This document shows positions 17,738 through 26,400 of a stretch of 49,834 nt of DNA, one piece after another (position 1 is the stretch's first letter; every line of letters begins with the position of its first letter). The stretch comes from Paracoccaceae bacterium (GTDB lineage Bacteria; Pseudomonadota; Alphaproteobacteria; Rhodobacterales; Rhodobacteraceae), in assembly GCA_019090405.1 (NCBI GenBank), contig JAHRVZ010000455.1:1-49834 (forward strand). Direction: 5' to 3'. The position numbers and the translations under genes are program-made. The notes below the pieces were generated by a model. It made no database searches, was not told where the DNA came from, and saw only the letters and a list, made by a program, of their open reading frames with translations.

Positions 17738-19849
17738 ATGACCAACCCTAAATCCAAATCCGCAGCCAAGTCCAAGGCGGCTGGCGCTGCCAGCTTGCCA
17801 GAGCTGGAACCGCAAATGATCCCGCTCAACCAGCTTGTGATCAGCCCAAAGAATGTCCGCAAGACACCGGCGACCGAAGACCAGGATGCCGAACTCTACG
17901 CCAGTATAAAAGAGACCGGCCTCAAACAGAACCTTCTCGTGCACAAAGTTGGCACGAAGTTTCATGTGCATGCCGGCGGGCGACGGTTGGCGGCCCTGAA
18001 CAAGCTGGCCAAAGATAAGATCATCAAATCCAACCATCCGATCTCGTGTTCGATCGAAGACCCGGACCAAGCCGAAGACACATCCGCTGCTGAAAACATG
18101 ATCCGAGCCGCCATGCATGCTGCCGATCAGTTCGAGGCATTTGCTGCATTGCGCAAAAAGGGTCGCTCTGAGGATGAGATTGCAAAACGGTTCGGGATTA
18201 CTAACGATCTCGTGCGCCGGCGTCTCAAGCTCGCCTCGGTATCACCCGACCTGATGCAGATTTTTCGGGAAGGTGAGATGTCGCTCGATTGCGTCATGGC
18301 CTTCACATTGACCGACGATCACGCGCGCCAGGTTGAAGCGTGGGAGGTAGTCAAGCAGCACTACAATCCCTCCCCCCATTCGATCCGGAACCATCTCACC
18401 CAGAAATCCTATTCCGGCTCCTCCAAACTGGCTCTGTTCGTCGGTATCGACGCATACAAGCAAGCAGGCGGTTCCGTCATTGAGGACCTCTTTTCCGAGC
18501 GCGACGCGATGCATCTGGAAGATCCGGACCTGCTGGAAAAATTGGCGATGGATAAACTGCAGGATTTGGCCGAAGACGCGACCAAGACGTGGAAATGGGC
18601 GGAGGCCTGTCTGGACGTCGACTACGATAGCTTTCGTCCATACGGTCGGGTTTATCCCAAACCGCTCGATCCCGATCCCGAACTCGAAGCCGAACTGGCA
18701 AAACTGCAAGAGCGACAAGATGCTCTCGAATCTGAGTATGATGAGGAGACGTGGACAGAGGAACTTCAGGAAGAGGAACAAACGATCTGGGCCCGTATCC
18801 GCGAGATCGAGGCGATCCAGGAAGCCAACGTCGCCTACACCGACGACGATCACAAAATCGCTGGATGTATCGTAAGCATTTCGCACAATGGGGAGCCGCG
18901 TCTGGAAACCGGGTTGGTGAAACCCGAGGACATTCCCAAACCTGTTGAGACTGCGGTGCAAGATGACGACGAAGAAGGATCATCTCCTCAAGAGGGCAAC
19001 AGCGCTTCGGGGCCGGCCATCGAGCTTCCGGCCTCCATGTCCCGACCTGACGTGCCTTTGAACGCTACGGATGCGGCGCGAAAGGCCCAAGGTTTGCCGC
19101 GGTCTCTGGCTGACGATCTACGGGCGACGCGTCATCAGATCATCCGCGCGCATTTGGCGGCTGATTATGGCACCGCCTACGACACAATGCTCTATGCGAT
19201 GGTCACCTCGGTTCTTGGCAACTATCGCAGCCAGTCTCCTCTTGATCTGTCACTACGTCCCGCGACGACAACGGCCTCCCGGGAGACCCTGAAAGACACT
19301 GTCGCTGAACGCATGCTCGAGGCGCTCAATGACGGTCTCAACATTGCATGGCTTGAGGCCAAGGCACCGGAAGATCTAGCGCAACTGTCAGCGCTACCTG
19401 AGCCTGACAAACAGGCGCTGTTTGCTTGGTGTGCGGCCTATGCGCTGAACCAACAGCTCTCCAACGATACCGGCGCAAGTGCTGTGATCGAAGCAATCGG
19501 ATCACGTCTCAATGTAGATGTTGCCGCCTGCTGGCGTCCGACGGCCGATACATATTGGGGTCGGGTAAAGAAGGACCATGCACTCGATATGGCAAAGGCG
19601 TTGATTGATGATCGTTGGGCTGACGATAAGTCGGGGCTGCGCAAAGCCGAGATCGCAAAAGCGATGGAACAGGCCTTCTGCGACACTCCGCAAGAGGCGG
19701 CTGGTCTGACGGCACAGGCCGCTGCCAAGACATCCCGCTGGTTGCCAGACGGAATGGTTGTTGGCGAAGAGGCAGCTAATCAGGCGAAACTCAACTCGGT
19801 AGAAGTTGACGCAGACACCCTGCCCGCATTCATGAGCGACGCAGCTTAA
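17738..19849 (+). CDS. ParB/Srx-domain protein (conjugative-element ParB-like nuclease/partition family)
   Basis: ATG at 17738 follows AAGGAG. N-terminal ParB motifs IPLNQLVISPKNVRK and VHAGGRRLAAL. Long acidic C-terminal region. Confidence 0.8.
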   Translation: MTNPKSKSAAKSKAAGAASLPELEPQMIPLNQLVISPKNVRKTPATEDQDAELYASIKETGLKQNLLVHKVGTKFHVHAGGRRLAALNKLAKDKIIKSNHPISCSIEDPDQAEDTSAAENMIRAAMHAADQFEAFAALRKKGRSEDEIAKRFGITNDLVRRRLKLASVSPDLMQIFREGEMSLDCVMAFTLTDDHARQVEAWEVVKQHYNPSPHSIRNHLTQKSYSGSSKLALFVGIDAYKQAGGSVIEDLFSERDAMHLEDPDLLEKLAMDKLQDLAEDATKTWKWAEACLDVDYDSFRPYGRVYPKPLDPDPELEAELAKLQERQDALESEYDEETWTEELQEEEQTIWARIREIEAIQEANVAYTDDDHKIAGCIVSISHNGEPRLETGLVKPEDIPKPVETAVQDDDEEGSSPQEGNSASGPAIELPASMSRPDVPLNATDAARKAQGLPRSLADDLRATRHQIIRAHLAADYGTAYDTMLYAMVTSVLGNYRSQSPLDLSLRPATTTASRETLKDTVAERMLEALNDGLNIAWLEAKAPEDLAQLSALPEPDKQALFAWCAAYALNQQLSNDTGASAVIEAIGSRLNVDVAACWRPTADTYWGRVKKDHALDMAKALIDDRWADDKSGLRKAEIAKAMEQAFCDTPQEAAGLTAQAAAKTSRWLPDGMVVGEEAANQAKLNSVEVDADTLPAFMSDAA

Positions 19850-19874
19850 CGCCAAGTCGAAAGGTTCAGCTCTT

Positions 19875-19916
19875 GGATCGTTCCCATCCCACCAAGGGAT
19901 CGGGGGCGGTCCTATC
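19875..19916 (+). promoter_or_regulatory. repeated leader element, family 2, copy A (imperfect hairpin closed by GGATCG...CGGTCC, then TATC)
   Basis: CGGTCCTATC at 19907-19916, 58 nt before the ATG at 19974. Related copies lie at 20407-20438 and 29143-29155. Confidence 0.55.
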
Positions 19917-19973
19917 GCGCTGTCGGGCAAACCAGTGCCGAATGGGTCGGCCATCCCGCCATGGAGAAAGATC

Positions 19974-20381
19974 ATGAACCAGGCAACACAATCTACCGCA
20001 CCGCAAGATGAACAGGACGTCACCAATCCTGCGATTGCAGCGATCATCGCGCAACAAAACGATGCTTTCCGCACATCATTGACCGCATCGGTCAAAGCAC
20101 CCGGTGTCCCACCTGGCAAGCTCGTCATGACCGCAGGCATCGCCGCACAAAGTGATGAATTCCGCGCTGCTCTCATCGATGCGCTTGTCACTTTTGATGC
20201 CTTTGACTCCGACAGCGATCCTTACGGGTTGCACGAGATGGGCGTGCTCGAGATCGAAGGCGAACGCGTCTGGTTCAAGTTTGATCTGTATGATGAAAAC
20301 TACGAGTACGGTGCGGAAACACCAACCGATCCCAAACGGACGCGCCGTGTCCTGACGCTGCTGCTCCCGTCCGAATACTAA
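19974..20381 (+). CDS. DUF3768-like protein
   Basis: ATG follows GGAGAAAG. The C-terminal pattern DPYGLHEMGVLEIEGERVWFKFDLYDENYEYGAETPTDPKRTRRVLTLLLPSEY matches my memory of DUF3768. Confidence 0.65.
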   Translation: MNQATQSTAPQDEQDVTNPAIAAIIAQQNDAFRTSLTASVKAPGVPPGKLVMTAGIAAQSDEFRAALIDALVTFDAFDSDSDPYGLHEMGVLEIEGERVWFKFDLYDENYEYGAETPTDPKRTRRVLTLLLPSEY

Positions 20382-20406
20382 ACCGGCAAAACGCTCATTG
20401 ATATTT

Positions 20407-20438
20407 GGACCGTTCTCGTGATCGAGGACGGTCCTATC
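20407..20438 (+). promoter_or_regulatory. repeated leader element, family 2, copy B (12-bp hairpin GGACCGTTCTCG-tgat-CGAGGACGGTCC, then TATC)
   Basis: CGGTCCTATC at 20429-20438, 63 nt before the ATG at 20501. Confidence 0.6.
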
Positions 20439-20500
20439 CGTCTGACGGGTTTCACAAGGGGCCGGATGATCCGGGCCCGCCCGTCACGGAGACCAGACAA

Positions 20501-20818
20501 ATGGCTAAACCCTGCGAATACAAAGTCACGCTTCACCCCGCCCACAAAGATGGCGGTTTCGTCGTTACCAAATACGACATTTTCGGCGGCACCTATCCCA
20601 GCAAAGAGTTTACCGCAGCCGGCATGGACGATCTCGTCGATCAGGTCACGCATTTCGCGATGGAACATGGCGAAGGCTGTAACGCGTCCGTGCGCTGTCT
20701 CGCGCCGCGCAAACCGCCCGGCTTCAAAAAGGCCACCGAAAACCTCTATTTCAACCTCTTGAGCAAAGAACAGTTTGAGGCGGCAGAAGCCGAGAAGGCT
20801 GAAAGCGCAGCCGCCTGA
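20501..20818 (+). CDS. hypothetical small protein (105 aa)
   Basis: ATG at 20501 with GGAGACC upstream. No recognisable domain. Co-oriented within the block. Confidence 0.5.
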   Translation: MAKPCEYKVTLHPAHKDGGFVVTKYDIFGGTYPSKEFTAAGMDDLVDQVTHFAMEHGEGCNASVRCLAPRKPPGFKKATENLYFNLLSKEQFEAAEAEKAESAAA

Positions 20819-20846
20819 TCAATCCAAAACATTAATAAAAAGACCA

Positions 20847-20880
20847 AGGCTCGCCAATCACGGCGGGCCTTTTCGTCTTT
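20847..20880 (+). terminator. candidate intrinsic terminator
   Basis: 9-bp stem AGGCTCGCC-aatcac-GGCGGGCCT (one G-T pair), followed by TTTCGTCTTT. Confidence 0.55.
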
Positions 20881-20901
20881 GCCGGAAAGAGGAGAAGACC
20901 G

Positions 20902-21480
20902 ATGGAAAACCCCATCTATGAGGAAAGCTACCGCAATCACACCATCAAGATCATCCACGACCCCGATCCCGAAAGCCCGCGCGACTATGACAATCTCGGC
21001 ACGATGACTTGCTGGCACCACCGCTACAATCTTGGCGACAAACACGACCATAGCGATCCCCGCGAACTGCTGATCGACCTCTGCGACCTCACTTATGAGA
21101 CTGATCTGTCGACCAACGCCCTGTTCGAGCGAGCGTCGAGGCGCGCCGTCATCTTGCCGCTCTATCTCTATGATCACAGTGGCATCACCATGAACACCAC
21201 GGGGTTTCATTGCCCGTGGGATTCCGGCCAGGTCGGCTACATTTATGTGAAGCTGGAAGAAATCCGCAAAGAATACAGCGTCACCCGCGTCTCAAAGAAC
21301 CTGCGCGCCAAGATTGCTGATCATCTGCGCCAAGAGGTCCAAACCTATGACCATTATCTGACTGGCAATTGTTACGGCTTCGTCGTCGAAAAGGATGAAG
21401 ATGAAGTTGCGTCCTGCTGGGGGCTTCTGGGCGATTATGACGGTTACTGTCTGGCTGAGGCCAAATCGTCGGTGACCTGA
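20902..21480 (+). CDS. conserved hypothetical protein (192 aa; motif DPDPESPRDYDNLGTMTCWHHRYNLGD)
   Basis: ATG follows AAGAGGAGAAG. The motif looks like a mobile-element family I cannot name. Confidence 0.55.
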   Translation: MENPIYEESYRNHTIKIIHDPDPESPRDYDNLGTMTCWHHRYNLGDKHDHSDPRELLIDLCDLTYETDLSTNALFERASRRAVILPLYLYDHSGITMNTTGFHCPWDSGQVGYIYVKLEEIRKEYSVTRVSKNLRAKIADHLRQEVQTYDHYLTGNCYGFVVEKDEDEVASCWGLLGDYDGYCLAEAKSSVT

Positions 21481-21510
21481 CGCCGCCGCGCGTCTTGCTT
21501 GGCGGCGCAC

Positions 21511-21609
21511 CTGCCGGAAAGAGGGAGAGGCTGTTTGGGGAAGGGCAAGCCTTCCCCCTCTGAGAGAGAGTTTCCGGGAAGGCATCACCCCTCTCCAAGG
21601 AGCCTTCCG
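21511..21609 (+). promoter_or_regulatory. repeated 5-prime leader element, family 1, copy 2
   Basis: AAAGAGGGAGAGG, hairpin GGGGAAGG-gcaag-CCTTCCCC (21537-21557), then GAGAGAGAG-TTTCCGGG. Confidence 0.65.
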
Positions 21610-23343
21610 ATGAATATCCCAACAACGTTTCACGCCTGCGTCGCGGATGACGCGATCTCTAAGGTTTCGCGCCTGTTCAATGCGACTCTCGACGACATCT
21701 TCGCCGAATTGTTTCAAAACGCACGCCGCGCCGGAGCGACACAGATCTCAGTGAGCCAGATCGATTATCCCAACATCGGTCCAGTTATCTGCCTGATCGA
21801 CAACGGTCCCGGTCTTAAAGATCCCAGAGACCTGTTCACATTGGGTCAAAGCGCGTGGAACCACGACGTCCAATCACTGGAAGACGCTGCTGGCTTGGGG
21901 TTCTTCTCATTGGCCGGTCGCAGGGTCAGGATTATCGCCCGGAAACAGGGCACGTCCCAGTCTTGGATGATCGATGCCCAACCCGACAGTTTTGGCGGAG
22001 CGGTTCCGATCGCTTGTAATGACGGTCCCGCCAACCACGGTGGGACCACAATCTTAATCGCCACCAAAGCCAACGAAAGCTATGTCGCTGCCGCAAACCA
22101 CGCAGCGCGGTATTTGCTCATTGACGTCATGGTCGACGGCGTGCGCGTCGAGCGCAAAGATTTCCTCGCAGATGCCGAGCACATCGAAGAGTGGAACGGC
22201 ATTCGGATCGGGATCTATGAACGCGGCCCGATCAGTTTCCGTAACAACGAGACGGTCAATTTTCACGGAGTGACCCTCTATGGCCGCTTGCCGAGCGTGG
22301 GCCAAGAATTCCATCGATCATACTACGCACGTCTGGATGTCATCCAGTGCACAGATATCAAGCTGGTTCTGCCCGCCCGTAAGGAAATCGTCGAGAACGC
22401 CTTCATGGACGAACTGCGCACCCATATCAGCACCATCTTTTATCAACTGATCAAAGCAGCTGGACCGCATTCTCTCTCCTATGACAATTTCAAGCGCGCC
22501 GCCGAGTTTGGCATCCATTTGCCGCCAGCCGCGATGCAATTGCGTGTGTTCGAGCCGAGCCACGCGGACAGCGACCAAAATGGCTATGGCAAGGTCGAAG
22601 TGATTGACGCAGATGATGTTGTCTTTGATTCAGAAGGTGGCGCGATCGAGGAGCAGAATCTCGCCTTCGCGCTCTCCGCCCAGCGTGCTGAAACCAAACT
22701 TTATGATCCTAAAGTCGGATTTGAAGGCTACGATTGGTATGACCAACTGGCCCGGGTGTCGGTCAAAGGATACCGCATCATCGGTGATACTGACACGGTG
22801 TGCGTCGAGCCGGGCAAACGCCACACGATGATCGAGCGGCCAGATCAATTGGAAATCCATTGCACATTGTCAGATGCGCCCCTTACCGAGGAATGGACCC
22901 TGGCAACGGACTGGTTGATCTTCGGGGAAGATGATTGGGGTCTGGATGAGGTTGATATCGTCGTCACCAAGGCGTCCAAGGCGACCAGTGCCGATCTCGT
23001 CGATTTCCTCGAACATGCTCTGTTCAATCCATCGGATGATAGCGAAGCCGGGTCCTTCGATCAGCAGCAACGTTGGTTCCGTGATGAGGCTGAAGACCTC
23101 GCCATCAATATGCTCGAGACCAGCCTTGAGGCGCAAATCAATGCGATCACCCGCGTTATTGATCGCGAGCTCTATTGGCTGCGCCGACAGGATCAGATCA
23201 TTACAGTCATTATTGGCAAGGGGCGGATTGATGTCAGCGGGTTGGCCACCCAGCAGGTGACAGCAGCTGAGTTAGATCAGCGACGGGATGGCTATCTGCT
23301 ATCCCGTCTCAGGAACAAGAATACGACCCTCCCTCATTGCTAG
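21610..23343 (+). CDS. GHKL-superfamily (histidine-kinase/Hsp90/MutL-like) ATPase with a large uncharacterised C-terminal region
   Basis: ATG at 21610 follows AAGGAG. N-box FAELFQNARRAGAT, G1 box IDNGPGL and a G2-like AAGLGFFS. The remaining 400 aa or so have no recognised domain. Confidence 0.65.
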   Translation: MNIPTTFHACVADDAISKVSRLFNATLDDIFAELFQNARRAGATQISVSQIDYPNIGPVICLIDNGPGLKDPRDLFTLGQSAWNHDVQSLEDAAGLGFFSLAGRRVRIIARKQGTSQSWMIDAQPDSFGGAVPIACNDGPANHGGTTILIATKANESYVAAANHAARYLLIDVMVDGVRVERKDFLADAEHIEEWNGIRIGIYERGPISFRNNETVNFHGVTLYGRLPSVGQEFHRSYYARLDVIQCTDIKLVLPARKEIVENAFMDELRTHISTIFYQLIKAAGPHSLSYDNFKRAAEFGIHLPPAAMQLRVFEPSHADSDQNGYGKVEVIDADDVVFDSEGGAIEEQNLAFALSAQRAETKLYDPKVGFEGYDWYDQLARVSVKGYRIIGDTDTVCVEPGKRHTMIERPDQLEIHCTLSDAPLTEEWTLATDWLIFGEDDWGLDEVDIVVTKASKATSADLVDFLEHALFNPSDDSEAGSFDQQQRWFRDEAEDLAINMLETSLEAQINAITRVIDRELYWLRRQDQIITVIIGKGRIDVSGLATQQVTAAELDQRRDGYLLSRLRNKNTTLPHC

Positions 23344-23364
23344 GCGCGGTCCAGCATGGGTTTT

Positions 23365-23467
23365 CCGCAAAGAGGGAGAGGAAGGTCCGGGGAAAGGGCA
23401 AGCCCTCCCCGGTGTCAGAGAGAGTTCTGCGGGGATGGGTGGCAACCCTTTGACCTGGAGATTTCCC
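23365..23467 (+). promoter_or_regulatory. repeated 5-prime leader element, family 1, copy 3
   Basis: AAAGAGGGAGAGG, hairpin CCGGGGAAAGGG-caag-CCCTCCCCGG (23387-23412), then AGAGAGAG-TTCTGCGGGG. Confidence 0.65.
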
Positions 23468-26400
23468 ATGACAGATATGCTTACTGCAGGCGCGCCGTCG
23501 CGTGCCGCCGCGCTGCTTCAGGCGGCCCATCAACTGCTTCCATATTTTGAACAGGGCAAAGCGCTCGACCAAAAGATCGTGCGTGCAGCCATGGAGGCCG
23601 CTTTTGGTGGCTCTGACGCCTCCGGGGCTTGGGTATGGAAGGACGGATACGAAGTCGGCGAATGCGCGCAGATCCTGCTGCTGCTCAAATATGGCGCACT
23701 GATGCGTCGCCAATGCGACACGCCCGCCAAGTTCTTGGCAATTGTGGAGAAGATTGCGGGCTTCGCACTATCACACACCCGCCGCAGCGAGACTTCGCAA
23801 AAGCTGCAGCAATTCTCGACGCCTCTGCCACTGTCTTGGATCGTTGCCGAAGCTGCGCAATGTCGGGCTGATGATGTCGTTCTAGAACCCTCCGCCGGCA
23901 CCGGCCTCTTGGCGATCTACGCGAAGTTGGCGGGCGCAAAACTTCATCTTAACGAGATCGATGATGTCCGTGCTGACCTGTTGGGCGAACTGTTCCCTGA
24001 TGCCGCAGTAAGCCGTCATGATGCCAGTTCAATAGATGATCGGCTGGATGCGTCCGTTTCGCCGAGCCTTATCATCATGAACCCGCCGTTCTCCGCCGCA
24101 CTCAGTGTTGAAGGTCGCTACAAGGCCGCGATGGGACAGCATGTTCTGTCGGCGCTTGATCGGTTACAGCCAGATGGCCGGTTGGTCGTTGTCTCCGGCG
24201 CCAACGTTTCTCAAGCAAACACGGCGTTCCGCTCCGCCTTCAAGCGCATCGGCGAGATCGCTACGATCCGCTTTTCCGCGCCGATCGCGGGCCGGGTTTA
24301 CGCGCGCCACGGCACGACGACCGAAACCCGCCTGACGGTCATCGACAAGCGCGAAGGTCTCACCCCCGATCTGACCGCCGCCTATCATGATCAGGCGGAA
24401 AGCTCGCAAGCGCTTCTGGCCTTGGTGCAAGCCCATTGTCCGCCCCGCTTGATTTTTGAGCCAACTGAACAGGCCGCAAACGCTTCAAGGTCCTCAGTTG
24501 TGCAGTCACCATCAATCCAATCTTTGCGAGATAAAGCGCGCAGCCAGGTGCGGGCGGTAGAGGCGGAGAAAGCACGGCATCCATTTGATCTGATCGAGGC
24601 AGAAGAGATCGCCTACCTACCGAAACTCTGGACGGAAAAATCAAGCCGTCTGACCGAGGCGCTTTATGAAGGTTATGAGGTTCAGTCGATTACCATCGAA
24701 GGCGCACATCCGCATCCAACGGCCCTTGTGCAATCAGCTGCCATGGCTTCGGTCGCACCACCCCTTCCCTCCTATCGACCTAAATTGCATGCCAAGCTGA
24801 TCACGGACGGCGCGCTGTCCGACGCACAGATCGAAAGCATCATATACGCGGGGGAGGCCCACGAGCAACATTTGAGCAGCTGGTTCCGTCATGATGACGA
24901 AGACCAACGCCTTATCGCGTGTGAAGCGGATGCCGAAGACGGGTTTCAATTGCGCAAAGGCTGGTTCCTCGGGGACGGTACGGGCTGCGGCAAGGGCCGA
25001 CAGGTCGCGGGTGTCATCCTCGACAATTGGGTGCGTGGGCGCAAGCGGGCGATCTGGGTTTCAAAATCCGACAAGCTGATCGAAGATGCGATCCGCGACT
25101 GGACTGCCATTGGCGGGCGTGTCTCTGACATCGTGCCCCTGTCCCGGTTCAAACAGGGCTCAGACATTCGCCTCGAACAAGGCATTCTGTTCGTCACCTA
25201 TGCGACGCTGCGCACGGCCGAACGCCAGCATGACGATATCCTTAAAGCTTCCCGGCTCGATCAGGTCACCGCATGGCTCGGCAAAGGTTTTGACGGCGTG
25301 ATCGCATTCGATGAAGCCCATGCGATGGCGAACGCTGCAGGCGAAAAGGGAAAGGAAGGCGGACGGGGCGACAAACAGGCCTCGCAGCAAGGTCTAGCCG
25401 GATTAAAACTTCAAAACCTCGTGCCCGATGCACGGGTGCTCTATGTCTCGGCAACAGGTGCTACGATTGTTGGCAATCTCGCCTATGCCTCTCGTCTCGG
25501 TCTCTGGGCAACCGGTGACTCACCCTTTGCCACGCGCGAACAGTTCATCGCGGACATGGAAGCGGGCGGAATTGCTGCGATGGAGATCATCTCGCGCGAT
25601 CTTAAAGCGCTCGGTCTTTATCTGGCGCGCTCGCTGTCCTACGAGGGTGTCGAATACGAGATGCTGGTGCACGATCTCACACCGGCACAGCGCGACATTT
25701 ACGACAGCTACGCCGAAGCGTTTCAGGTGATCCATACCAATCTGGAAGCGGCACTTGAGGCTTCAGGCATTACTGCCGAGGACAGCACGCTAAATGTGCA
25801 GGCCAAATCAGCGGCCCGGTCAGCGTTCGAGAGCAATAAGCAGCGCTTCTTCAATCACCTGATCACCGCGATGAAATGCCCGAGCGTGATCAAATCCATG
25901 CAGAACGACTTAGAGAACGGTGCATCGGCGGTGGTTCAGATCGTCTCAACAAGCGAAGCCCTTATGGAACGGCGTCTGGCGCAGATCCCGGCATCGGAAT
26001 GGCATGATCTGCATGTCGACATCACGCCGCGGGAATATGTGCTCGATTATCTGATGCATTCGTTTCCAACCCAATTATTCGAGCCCTACACCGACGAAGA
26101 CGGCAACCTCAAATCCCGTCCGGCGCGTGATGGTGATGGGAACCCGATTGAATGCCGGGAGGCGGCACGCAAACGCGATGCCATGGTCGAACGGCTTGGA
26201 GCACTGGCACCGGTGCAAGGCGCTCTCGATCAGATCTTGTGGCATTTCGGGAAAGAGCACGTAGCTGAAGTCACAGGACGCTCCCGGCGCATTGTCCGCA
26301 CGCGCGATCATCGCCTGAAGGTCGAAAACCGGCCGGGATCATCCAACATCGGCGAGACGCAAGCCTTCATGAACGATGCCAAGCGCATCCTGATCTTCTC

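Noticed and set aside
18242-18961. 239-aa and 168-aa antisense ORFs within the ParB-like gene
   Set aside because: They show no motifs or start context. The sense strand has clear ParB motifs.
21481-21507. Hairpin CGCCGCC-N13-GGCGGCG right after the 192-aa gene as a terminator
   Set aside because: The loop is 13 nt and no T-tract follows. It is treated as part of the family-1 leader region rather than as a separate terminator.
21499-21609. ORF-track N-terminal extension of the GHKL ATPase gene
   Set aside because: Same situation: the extension coincides with the repeated leader, and AAGGAG precedes the ATG at 21610.
23288-23467. ORF-track N-terminal extension of the methylase-helicase gene, overlapping the end of the GHKL gene
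   Set aside because: It would overlap the upstream CDS by 56 nt and translate the leader hairpin. The ATG at 23468 begins the conserved protein.
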